DNA from: Wallemia ichthyophaga EXF-994
Taxonomy: Eukaryota; Fungi; Basidiomycota
DNA length: 30,454 nt
NCBI RefSeq assembly: GCF_000400465.1
Contig: NW_008806297.1
Coordinates: 1 to 30,454, forward strand
Reading direction: 5' to 3'
A program made the position numbers and the translations under genes. Positions within the stretch are counted from its first letter, which is position 1; each line of letters starts with the position of its first letter. Under the pieces are notes generated by a model that saw only the letters and a list, made by a program, of their open reading frames with translations, did not search any database and was not told the DNA's origin. This document shows positions 10,560-21,850 of the stretch, in pieces.

Positions 10560-11975
10560 TATAATGTTCTAATTCCAAACTTATCAACCTTGGCACAAAT
10601 AATTTCATTGATCCGTCCCAGCAATCCATTTTTGAGAATGCTATGATGAAAAGCGCCCTTCACCTTATCGTGATTATTAAAAGAAGTCTCGGACGCTTAT
10701 CACGTACAAGTTTGTTACTAAAATTTTACTCACAGTGATTTCACATCTAAAGGAGATAATCACGAAAACTAGAGCGGTTAATCTTTCGAGTAGCGAGAAT
10801 CTTTCTTGCTTTGTTTGGGACTACTCAGCTTTGTAAATCATTGAATCAGTTGTGACGCGGTGAAGTAGATCCACGTAATGAAGAGATGCATATTTTAGAT
10901 CATTGTTATATTCGTGGGCGAGTAATCATTCAATCAATACAAAGTTCTGATTGATGCAACCGGTAAGATGAGCACCCATCATCATCGAATTGGCTGAAAC
11001 TTGTCACACGGGCAGCCTTTTGATGGCTGCTAGCTAGATTTGATACTCAGGATATATAAATCTCGCACTCTAAATGGCTTTTCAATGTCAATGAGATCTT
11101 AACCATGTCTCTTCCATAATTATTTGAAATCTCGAAATGCACCTGGTGAAGCCAAAGTCCCGATTTATGAGTTGGGCTGACCCCCCATTTTCTTTGCGTA
11201 AAGTGCATCTGATAGGCTTGCAATGACCTGAAATGTCAATGGTTTTTTTCTTGGAGCCGCCATTGAGTCCTGTGGACGCGACTTGTCGGGATACGTATAT
11301 CGTGTCTAGAAGGATGAGTATATTAAAGTTCCGGGTGCTTGAGATATCTATCAGCCAGGAATGTTTGTTTCTATCGACTAAGCACGCGAAAACCTTTATA
11401 TATGTCCTTTAGCGTACTCCAGAGCGATGTCGGATTGCAACTTCCGAACAGCCCATAGGGCGCAAATGGAGACACATGAACACAATACTGGCGAGATATT
11501 GTAACGCCTATTCAGGACTATTTATGAAGCTTTTTTATTTGGAGATCATCAAAACTCGTAAATGCGCCGTCTGAGATGAGATAGGTGGTAGTCAAGAAAT
11601 CCCACTAAGTGGATATTGGGCAGAGGATTGAGATGGGGATGTATTTGGAATGCTGGAAATGTTATGAAAATAATGGTGTTGCTAAAGTTTTCAAATTGTC
11701 AGTATATGGTTTCTCTGCGTTCGTCTTTGCACTTATTTGGCTATTTGCACAGTAATTGGAGTAGATATGATTCTTTCAACTGCTAATCATCTGCTTAATC
11801 CTATTTTTAGTAATTTAAGTATTAATTGCCATATTCAAACCACTCTGCCACTTCTGTCCGTCTTTCTACATCAGCCTATATGCAACGACAAAAGGCAGCG
11901 GCAGAGAATAAGTAGAGTCGTAGCTCTTTGATAACGCTACAATACTACGATGAGCAAAATATCGCAGAATTCTGC
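10560..11975 (-). pseudogene. Possible heavily decayed protein-coding relic of unknown family
   Basis: About 1.4 kb AT-rich gap in an otherwise dense genome. One minus frame has long coding-like stretches broken by about 17-18 stops. A GTGAGT...GATAAG 38-nt intron (about 10696-10733) joins in phase to a stop-free about 45-codon final exon (SETSFNNHDKVKGAF...FGIRTL*). Stop depletion is weak and no family was recognised. Confidence 0.3.
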
Positions 11976-12066
11976 AAAAAAAAGCTGATCATACGACTGA
12001 CATCATTGGAACCACACGGTTACGCCATCATATTCCTTCTTCGTATCCATCGTCATCAAAAGCAAA

Positions 12067-13121
12067 ATGTTTTCAAAACTTGCGCTTAGAAATTTCAAAA
12101 GCTCAGCTCGCACACTAGCATCACGCAGCTCTGCGCCGCTCTCTCAGCGCACATTCGCAACGAACAGCAAGCTCCTCTCGGCGAACAGGGTATCGCACAA
12201 CCCAACTTCCGACAACCCACAGCACGCGGCAGAGAATGCCAAGCAGGAGGCCAGCAAAGTAGCCCACGATGTGAGCGACTACATTTCAGGTGGTCAAGCG
12301 GCGCAATTGGGCAGTGAGCCGCACATGCACCCAACTATTGGAAAGGAATTCGAGACAATGACGCGAGGTCTGTACGTGAATATCCCACGCCCAGCCATCT
12401 TGTGGGGAGCCTTAGGTGTGTGATGCTCTATGACGTCATGGCGTTAAAGACTTAAAAAAGACGTATTTCTAACAAGAATCATTTAGGCGGTGTACCATAC
12501 CTCGGTACAACAATCTCGCATGTTTATCTCAGCTCGCAGCTCTACAGCGCTAATATGGGCGTACCGGATATCGACATGGCCAGCGTGAGTCACCTGCTGT
12601 CGACTGTGGAGAACATCCAGATAGGGTATGGTGCAGCTATGCTGTCGTTCCTCGGCGCTATTCACTGGGGTATGGAGTTTGCAGAATTTGGCGGCAGACA
12701 GGGCAACCAGAGATACTTGATCGGTGTCGCACCTTTCGTCATCGCCGCTATGTCGACTGTGCCAGGCTGGCAGTTGGGCATGATCACCCAGTGGACTGGA
12801 TTCGCTTACCAATGGGGCATGGACACTAAGTTGACGCAGAGGGGATGGACTCCGCACTGGTTCGCTGCGTACAGATTCTGGCTCACAGTCGCTGTTGGCT
12901 CACTCATCTTGCTCTCACTAGCAAGCTCAAACTACTTTACTCCAAGAGTTGGCTCGAACCTTGAAGAGAGAAGATTGCTGCAATCTCAAAAGACTGGCAA
13001 GCTTGCAGGATATACCAAGTCAGAATCAGGCTCAGAGATTGACGAGGACCCAACCGGCAACGTCTTTGGTGTGATCAAGAAGAAGGAATCTGGAGACAGC
13101 GAGGGTGAAGAAGAGGAGTAA
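12067..13121 (+). CDS. Mitochondrial DUF3429/TMEM69-family membrane protein (about 327 aa)
   Basis: R/S-rich presequence. Intron 12416-12486 joins ...IPRPAILWGALG|GVPYLGTT. Contains YGAAMLSFLGAIHWGMEF and P.WF..YRFWLT, characteristic of DUF3429. Confidence 0.82.
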
Positions 13122-13203
13122 ATTGCTAATAAAGATTAAAATTTTGTAATGAGAAACGCCATATGAACAATTGTCATGTAACTCTAATGTTTTGCCAGAT
13201 TAT

Positions 13204-13981
13204 CTAATGCTTTGCCGGTTTAGCTCTGCCTAAAGTTAGCCATGTCAGTAAATCACGGTAACAACAGACTCACCCATCTACGAACATGTTCCTCGTCGCC
13301 GACGGCAACTGTACGACCATACCATCCATGCTCTTAGCGACGTGTACCTGGCATCCCAACCGGGAGCTTGAGTAAGGTTAGAATAGAACTGAACAAGGCA
13401 TTTGAAACACACGTATCAGTCAATCCAAAAGCCAAATCGAGCATATCATTCTCATCGTCCGATGGTTCTTCGAGCTGGTCGAATACTTGAGGCTGTAGTA
13501 TAACGTGACACGTTGAGCAAGCACAGCTGGCTTCACATGCGCCTGAGTTTGTCGTTGGATTAGACAGGGCCAAAAGTACACCAAGTACGCGGTACACACC
13601 TTCCAAATCCACATCCCATTCGTGTGCCAAATGCAAAAGATCGTCGCCTTCATGTGTTTCTATAGTTTTTATTGGATTCTTCTTTGAATCGACGAAATGA
13701 ACTTTGATGCTGGGTCCATGTGAGACGGTGGCTGGGGAGTACAACGAGTAGAACGCACCCTTCCCCTTTTTTAGGCCTGACGATATCACCGTGGTATTTG
13801 GCTGTGTAGTGTCAGGAATACGCTCGATCTGATTGGCCTGTGATTGGCCTGTGGACTCAGACTGACTCAACGAAGTGGTAAATGGCCGCTGTACTCGAGG
13901 CAGTGGCAATAGACTCCTGCTTCTCGCTGTCAATCCAATTCCTCTCAGTCCTACTCTTAAATTTATGCTTTTCCTTATCAT
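13204..13981 (-). CDS. YAH1: Mitochondrial adrenodoxin-type [2Fe-2S] ferredoxin
   Basis: GACEASCACSTCHV...ENDMLDLAFGLTDT|SRLGCQ. Five introns: 13802-13866, 13710-13758, one after DLEG, one after LTDT, and one after RNMFVDG leading to the final AKPAKH* (TAG 13204-13206). Splicing restores HGDIVRPKKGEGIKVHFVD. Confidence 0.93.
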
Positions 13982-14125
13982 GATGATGGTGTGTGAGGAA
14001 GAAGACCATTTCGACGTGACGTAAGTAAATGCAATATTTGATTAAAATACAGTTTCTCTATATTTATGTGTTTGTGCTTATGTTTTATCTTCATATTTGT
14101 ATGCCTATGTTTATGATGCAGTGCG

Positions 14126-16506
14126 CTAGGTACGCTGCTGATTACGCTTTGTCGGTGTCCACCACTGCGGTTCCCAATTCAATCTGCTATACTCGACCTC
14201 CTCATCTCCGAGCTCCGTTCCAAAATCGAAAACATTGATGAAAGTCTGTCCCGACATTTTATTCGACGCTGCAACGAGATAGCGATCAGATATTGCCACC
14301 TGCCAAATATGCATTAGGTTGCTCAGTATATCCTTCTTAAGTTTACCATCGCGCGCGTTCCACATCTTGAGCATCCCATCGCTACCAGAGATAATTTTCT
14401 GCTCGTCGTGGGCCATGCAGCTGATAGCGCTGTCGTGTCCATCGAGCACATGCTCACATTCGCCACTACGCAGATTCCATATCTTCAGATTCGAGTCAGC
14501 GCCGGCAGAGATGAGACTATTTGAGTTGAGACCGAGCAGCCCAACGAGACTAGAGTGACCTGAGGTACTATCAGAGACCTACAACTACTCGTTTAATACG
14601 CAGACACCCACCATCAAGCGATTGCAGCTGCTCGCCTTTGTCCGTCGACCACACCTTCACCGAGCCATCATAGCTTCCAGAGGCGCACCTATTGCGCGGA
14701 GCGTCGAGGACGACTTTGTAAACTGGGTGTGCAAGTGTGAGCATCAGTTTGAATCTACGAAATACCCCACTTACCCATGTCATTGTGTCCTCGCAGCACG
14801 TGCTGCACATTACCCGTTACAGTATCCCAAATCCTCACAGCTTGGTCAATGTTAGCTAGTCTCACTCAAAGCCATGTGCACCCACTAAAATCATAGCTGC
14901 CAGAGACAAGTGTCCGTCCGTCGCCAGCCACACTGCGCACGGCATTGGTGTGCCCCGAGAGCAACTTGAGCGGCCAAGGATTATCGCGCGCCCTTACGTC
15001 CCCATCATTGATCGTCCACGGCTCGTCTCTCGTTGGCGAGGGTAATCTCCAGATGCGTATTGTGAAATCTCGTGAACCACTAACGATAATAGGATAAGGC
15101 GGCTCATACTCCCTCGTAGATACGTTCCATTTGGGCATTATAATAGCCAGGCATCGAACAGTTGAGAAATGCCCCCAGAGGACATGCGTACATCGACCCG
15201 AGGGTATATCCCACACTCTAACGGTGCGGTCCGTAGCGCCGCTAACGAGAGTGTCACCGACATACTGTAATGCCCACACACCGCCAGTATGACCTCTCAA
15301 TCTTTTTCTCAAACGACCAGTTTTAGTGCAGCTTATATCGATGCTTTTGTCGTCACCATCGGACGCTGTAACTATTTTGTCCGAATCGAACTGCAGACAA
15401 GTGACGACATTCTGGCCATGTCGTTCAAACTCTATTGAAGAACGCGGCTCGTTCTCAAACCAATTATTTCGAACGGCGTGTCTCTTTTTGAGGATATGCT
15501 TATATGGATGGCTTTTCCAAATGCTGGGTGATTTAGCCGGCGGTGTACTAGATTCGGAGCTGGCGACGGGAGGCGGAGTGAGAGGGGTACGCGAGGCGTG
15601 TGAGGGGTAAGTGGGTTGTGAACTGTGAGTGACTTGCGTTTTATGTATGCTATCCTGCTCCGCTTCTTCCAGACTGGCGCAGTGAGTGGTGCGATTGGCA
15701 TGCTGATACGCTTCCTGGCGTTGAGCAACAAGGTGGTCCTCATCGCCGAACCACAAGTCGGATCGAATGCCAGCGCTCTTCCAAGCAGCACGGTCTTGAT
15801 CGATAAGCCTGCGCCATGTCTTGGACACAGTCGCCGCACGGCCCAAATCGTCAATATCGAGCTGGTTGAGAATGAGCGAGGAAATTTCGAGCGGCAGATC
15901 AGCCACAAAATCTTTCTGTAGCGCTGGACTGATAAATTCGTGTACATTCCTTATCGCGGTTATGTCAGAAAGACGTAAGAGGTTGAGAAGTATATGCGAC
16001 TGGGTGGCAGTGGATAGGGATGGGTATACGTTGAGTAGGTGGGGGAAAGAGAGAAGTACAGGGAGTGTGTTATTGTGAGTGTGGCTGCTAGTGTGACTGT
16101 GACTGTGATGCGCACCGCTGTCATCCCACTCAGAACTCCGTTCAAAGCGTGGTGGACTGGCCAGTGGACTGGGGAGGGGTGATCTGACGCTGCCGCTACT
16201 GCCAACAACACCAACGCCTTCATCGCGTAACTTCTTTTTCGGCGGACTGTCCATCGATCGCTGCCTGTGGACATCGTAGCTCTGGTAGCTCGCCGTATGG
16301 CCATTTGGGAGACTGAAATTGAAGCTGGCGACGCTCTCTGGTAGCTGGCTTGTACACAGCGGATACTGCTTCCGATTAAGCTGAAGGGGCTCAGAGCGAA
16401 GACTGTTGACAGGAATCTCAGGATAATCTATTATAGTCTTCTTTGTCGTAGTCACTATCTCCGTCTGGACCGTTGGCTCTAAATTTATGAAATGCTTTTC
16501 TGACAT
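14126..16506 (-). CDS. CDC4: F-box/WD40 SCF substrate receptor Cdc4/Fbw7
   Basis: F-box DFVADLPLEISSLILNQL. WD40 repeats VVTCLQFDSDKIV, GHTGGVWALQY, GHFSTVRCL, GHTNAVRSV, GHSSLVGLL, GHDSAISCMAHDEQKIISGSDGMLKMW. Three phase-compatible introns in about 14550-14885. Confidence 0.93.
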
Positions 16507-16737
16507 GACCGTTTGTCACTTAGACACACGGCTGTAAATCTAAATAGCATCCGGATAATTAATTTTCACTACCGCATCCGTAATCATCCGGTAAGCGTAC
16601 CAGCAATTACTCTCTCACACATATACCAATTCCGGCGATTCCCTTTGATTAGCACGTATCGTCACAATGTCTTACGTCATTTTCACGTAAAAGTATTTGT
16701 ATTCTTCATTAAAATGCTTTATTATATTTCTTTTGGC

Positions 16738-19709
16738 TTAATGCCTTGGTGGATATTCACTGTATGCAGGTGCAGGGGATTCATTCACTACTGTTAAGTG
16801 CGTACGCGAGTCAGTTGCCGAATTGACCGACGCCTCACTCAATTCTGACTCAAAGCTATCCATCCGCTGTGGCATTGGTCTGTCAAAGGCGTTTATTGGT
16901 CTGCTGAATGTATTCACCGTTGGCGTCGCTTCGTCTTCTTCATCGTTCAAGTTCACAGGCGAATAAACCCCTTGATTATTCCTCATGCTATCCAGTAGCG
17001 GTCTTTCATAACTTTCATCTACCTTGTGCAGCGATCCAGTCGAAATGCCAAAGTCATTATTATGTGCTTGCTCAGCCAATGTGTCCTTAGATTCTAAAAT
17101 TGAAGGCATTCCACCTTTATTAAATGCTAAAGTCGGTCCTGTCGACTGATAGTAACTATACATACTCCCAGGTGTACCCGCACCCGTTCTATCAATGTTG
17201 TTTCCAGCAACTGCCGAATTAAGTGATCTGAAATCCCAATCCATCTCTCCGCGATCTCTAATCGGCAGCTCCTCCAGCTGTTCCTCTGTAACAGCCTCGA
17301 ATTTAAGTCCATCCGATACGATCTCCTCCTTGAAGTTGTTCGATTTGTGCGTGAACTCTGGTAGCACTTGTTCAAGAAGATGAACATGTTTATCGTGAAC
17401 TTGTATAGTAAACAGATCAGCATGAAGGGCTGCATGACCAAATCGTTTCGCAAGTCTCCCTCTATTCACGTCCGCGTTCTGGTTGTGCACTTTGCTCGTC
17501 GCCGCCTCTACACTGCCTGGTAAGTAGTAATAGAACTGCTTTGAGAACTTCCTGTTGAGCATGTACTTGAATACGATAACGGCAATAATTGGTGGGATCG
17601 CCGCTGCCCACTTTCCATAACCCCAACCCATCTTGAGGCCAAGCGATAGAAGAACAATGAGTTGCATCGCTATTAGCGAGAAGAGCATTCTGTTCATAAT
17701 GACATTCCATATTCTTCCGCCTGTTTCAACCCCCGTCACGAAAACGTACATTAGTTGATATTTTTGAACAAATGCGCTAATCAGGAATATAATAAACGCA
17801 GCTGCAGCGACAAGAGGTGCAATTGGAGCATAAATCATTGCAACACTAGCCATGAAAAGCATTGAGGCGTAGTAAACTGCATATTCGAATGGAGGTGGAC
17901 TAGTCCATTCCTAAGTTTACAGTGAGCATGTTTTCCTTTCAAAACCCAAAAAAAAAAAAGACTTACTTTGATATCTCTCGGTGTTCTACCAAACACATGC
18001 GTACGGATAAAGATAAAGATGAGATTGGTGAGTTGAGCGAGATCGAAGAATACCAAAAAACCTCTCATTGGGAACCACTTGAGCCAGAATGACGCCTGAC
18101 TGACATAGGCGCTCTCTATATCTGAAGGAAGTGACTTTAAAGTCGCCGTTATCTCCGAAAGGCTGTTCTGGTCGTGCGCATGTGACACAATACTGCTGAT
18201 AAGACGGAATGCAACACCGATCAGAGTGAAGATGAACAATTGAGAGATGATCAAGAAAGCAAATAAGCGTGCTATAACAGCTCTGTCTAATCTAGATTCT
18301 GTTGCTGCACCCTTATACTGCGTCAACTTTCTAATAATGATTGGTAAGTAGTATGCGAAAATACCGGCCACTATAGGCGGTAAAATACCAGCCATAACTG
18401 AGAACGTCCATGGTGACTTACTCTGCCAATCTCTCAAGCCCTCAAAGTAAACAGCTGTTGCAGATATGTTTGCGAGGAAGGATATGAAAACGAGTGGGAT
18501 AGTGTTGAGGAAGCAAACGAAAGCCAAAAAGAGCCATCCCCACATCTTGGTAATCCCTGATGGAGGGTTGGTAAGATTGCTCCATATAATATCTCTTGGA
18601 TTAGGTGCGAGTTCAATGTTTGTGCCGTTTGGGTGTTTGTTTCTGCACTTCTGAGCGACAACGTGTGCAGCTGGAATGGAGACCAGCGAAGCAAAGCCAA
18701 AGTTTTCAGCTTTTTTGAATTCGTGGTTATCTCTTGTAGCTTCAATTTGAGTTTCGTAACGCTTTATTTTATCAGTGTAGTACGTGATAGCATCAACCTG
18801 TTTTCCACCGAAACAAAGAAAACCACCAACTCTATGAAGAGGACGTGGTCTGTTCGCAATGGTGCCTTTCTTAAAGTATGTAGTGAGAGTCTGCTCGAGT
18901 TTCTTGACGGCATTGTTGTGTTTTTCTATAAATGTAGGTAATTTCCCAACCCTTCTTGAAACATGCGTAGAGCTGAATTCATACGGAACTTCAATCGAGC
19001 GTTTATTTTTCCTGGAGTTGAGAGCATTAGGGTCACTCTTGAGAATAGAGAGGAGACCGCGATCAGACATGAGTTTCTTCGGTAGATTTTGAATGAGGAG
19101 GGTTCTGGCATAGAGGCTTGTTTGGTACTCTTCAGATCTAAACCACTCCTTACGCAAAGTAACCATTTCGCGTGTATGTACCCAGATTCTCCAGAGAACG
19201 ACAGCAACAATAAAGTAAGCAGCAGCGCAGTGAGCCCAGAGTACACGACCACTAACTGCGATGATAGTGGTAGCGTCTAGCCAAGTTCTATCAGCTTCAT
19301 CGATGTATTTATAATTGTAGACGGTATTGATAGGGATCAGCGCGCCGCAACAGATAACAACGATACAGCCGAATACTTCGCAGAGCAAGCGCAGGAATCT
19401 AATAAAGGTGACTGCATCGAGACCAATCTTGTCAACCAATTGAGATTCCTTCATGGAGAACATGGGCTTCACCCAGCTAAACAAGCTGTCATTGAGTTTT
19501 GGGAGGTGTTTGACAGCGTCGAGAGACTGTTTAGCTTTGGGGGCATAAACAACCTTGTTGCGCGGTCGGAGAAGGGAGAATAGGAGTACGACGATGAGGG
19601 ACACCGAGGTCATAACGGCGAACTGCAACCACACGGCAGAAGCGTCAACGTGCTTTGAGTTGTTGTATGTTCTGAGAGCATCCTCTGAGATGTCTGCGAA
19701 GTCGACCAT
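16738..19709 (-). CDS. OSCA/TMEM63 (CSC1/RSN1, DUF221) osmo/mechanosensitive cation channel
   Basis: RPRNKVVYAPK, IGLDAVTFIRFL, LAPNPRDIIWSNL, YQLMYVFVT.VETGGRIW motifs. A phase-0 intron at 17911-17966 (GTAAGT...CTCAC...TAG) joins RTPRDIK|EWTSPPPFEYAVYY. Confidence 0.92.
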
Positions 19710-20433
19710 AAGTGGGGGTTAAGCGTGAGGTGTCTGTGCTGTGATTGATTACAAGGGGACAATGGCCGTCTAGCGGTATAAATAGGCGGACGTGAATAAT
19801 TTGATTTGGTGGTTAGTTTCAAGTCGCTCAAATCTAGCTGCGTGTATTTGTCTTAAATCATGGCCCAGTCCAGTCCTGAATTCTCGACTTAGACTTGTAA
19901 CTGAATGTGACTCCAACGAAAGCGTCTGTGACAAGTTGATCATTAAAGAGGTAATACATCTGCTCTTTACAGTCCTCCTTGTACGAGATTATTCCTATCG
20001 CCGAATACCAGCAGTAACACCAAGAGCTCTAAACTTACGGGAGAATCAATTGCAATTACTGTCAGTAAAGAAAGCGTTTAGACACGCATATATCTTAGCA
20101 TGGGAGTGATTAGTATTATATCAAATCAGTCTCCCGGAACTTTGGACAGCACAGGCTGAGCTATCCACTAGAACGCATAACATGGCAATGGCTAGCAATA
20201 ACCATCCGATTTGGCTACTCTAGGCCGTTACTTAATCATAGCATCGCATTTTTCGCGAGTCTAATTGGGCTCTTGGCATAAGACTGCATTGCAGCAACGG
20301 CACACACAGTCGCTTCAAGTGAATTAAAGGTGCAAAATATAAATATAATCAACAATTATACTAAAAAGAACATTTCAGTACAAAATCAGTGCTCTCACAG
20401 CTCACACTGCATTGTGACTTTATGTATTACATT

Positions 20434-21328
20434 TTACAAAGGAGCTCCTTGGTCAGGCAGTCTCTCTATAGCGTATCGATGATTTACAATGTACATGAGC
20501 GGGATTCCCTTTGTGCTGGTGTGAGTGGAATAATTCACCTAAGCTCCTTACTCACAGGAACCTTTCTGACCCTCCTTCTAAGCTCTCTATCGCAAGTTGC
20601 GACGATATAACACTTGTGCGCTTGTATACGCTGTATTATACAGTCATCTGCGTATGTACCCTTGTGAGAGCAAGGAATACGCAAGAAACGTGGATCTTTC
20701 GCGACTCTGTGAGGTTGTGGGAGATGAGTGATAGCTCTATATAGCTACACAACAACGCTCACCTCAAAGCCATTCTATACTTTGTACCAAGTTTTTCCAA
20801 CTCCGCGATAACGCAGTCAGAGACACAAGGGATGCCTGTTGAAGGAGTAAGAGGAGTGTTATGTATACACGCCTAGCAACTCACACTTTGCAAATAAGCA
20901 ATCCATCATTCCCTGCACCAAATCGAGCTTATTCTGTAAGCTGAAGTTTATAACTGGTGAGGGGAGTAGTGAGTGGTGATCCACGGCATGAGAATGATTC
21001 CAGCCCACAATTTGTATCAATCAGTACGTGATAAGGCGGGGCTAGAGCTTCATTGTGACTAAAGAAGAGGGAATGTGAAAGCTGCGGACTGGGAAAGCGC
21101 AAGAAAGGCAAATAAGAATGATACTGTGTGTAGTGCTACCTACTCACGTATGCTTCACTTGCTTCTCCTCTCTCTCCTTCCTCTCCTTATCTTTCTTCTC
21201 CTGATTATGCTTGAGGCGTGGATCGCTGGGATTTATCATACGCTTAACTTGAGCGAAGTTCCTCGTCTTCTTTGCTTTACCCTGGAAATTGTGAGCGCGT
21301 GGCTGCGTCTATGAGCCTCACCCACCAT
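20434..21328 (-). CDS. FCF1: rRNA-processing PIN-domain endonuclease Fcf1/Utp24
   Basis: Seven exons, the first being only ATG: M|[23 protein letters not shown]...|[26 protein letters not shown]|[23 protein letters not shown]|[24 protein letters not shown]|RVAKDPRF...[13 protein letters not shown]...[19 protein letters not shown]|[24 protein letters not shown]. Confidence 0.95.
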
Positions 21329-21396
21329 CACCGTCGTTTGATAACAAGTTTTCTGTTTCTTCCGCCTACAATCAACAGCTCAGATACGCAAATAAA

Positions 21397-21633
21397 ATGG
21401 AAAGACCTCTTCAGCCACCAACGCTATTCAAGCCCATTTCCTCAGTCCCCGTCACAGACGAGCAGGCTCAAATATTACTCAACGCCTTCCTCGACAACTA
21501 CAAAGATCCTACGCCTACGAAAGCAGCTCTCGAGAGACTGAGAGCTGGTATGCTTGGTGAGGATGTTGAATACGACCAGTATGAGCAGGACGAGGTGCAC
21601 GAGGACTATGACGCCGGGGGAATGGCCCAGTAA
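21397..21633 (+). CDS. Small 78-aa protein; candidate RNA polymerase I subunit A14 (Rpa14/Ker1)-like
   Basis: Clean ORF with AAAATGG start. PPTLFKPISSVPVTDEQAQILLNAFLD...KAALERLRAGMLG plus an acidic tail resembles the recalled two-helix A14 pattern (P..I....VS.DE...FL..FID ... QLKRI...L.G). Gene status is likely; identity is tentative. Confidence 0.5.
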   Translation: MERPLQPPTLFKPISSVPVTDEQAQILLNAFLDNYKDPTPTKAALERLRAGMLGEDVEYDQYEQDEVHEDYDAGGMAQ

Positions 21634-21850
21634 TATCTACTCAATGTGTACGTGCCACATTACCCACTTTCCACCCCCATAACACCCATGCACAGCTATT
21701 CCAATGTATTTTTATGTAAATGTATTCCCCATATACACAGCTAGACTTGTCCTTGATTTGACTCAAATCGGCTCAAATTTTCACATCACTTTGAACGAAA
21801 TAATTTGGATTTTAAGGTAAGTTTTGAAGCAGGGAATGGCGTAGTCTATC

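Noticed and set aside
10160-11975. Idea that TGA encodes Trp (NUMT or code-4 insertion) in the AT-rich gaps
   Set aside because: TAA and TAG interrupt the relic frames about as often as TGA. Spliceosomal intron signals are present, and no mitochondrial gene is recognisable.
19792-20109. 105-aa plus ORF and an overlapping 57-codon minus frame (19858-20028) in the 720-bp gap
   Set aside because: There is no strong ATG context, domain or convincing splice structure, and both strands being open gives no direction. It could be another relic but cannot be supported. No snoRNA or snRNA motifs were recognised.
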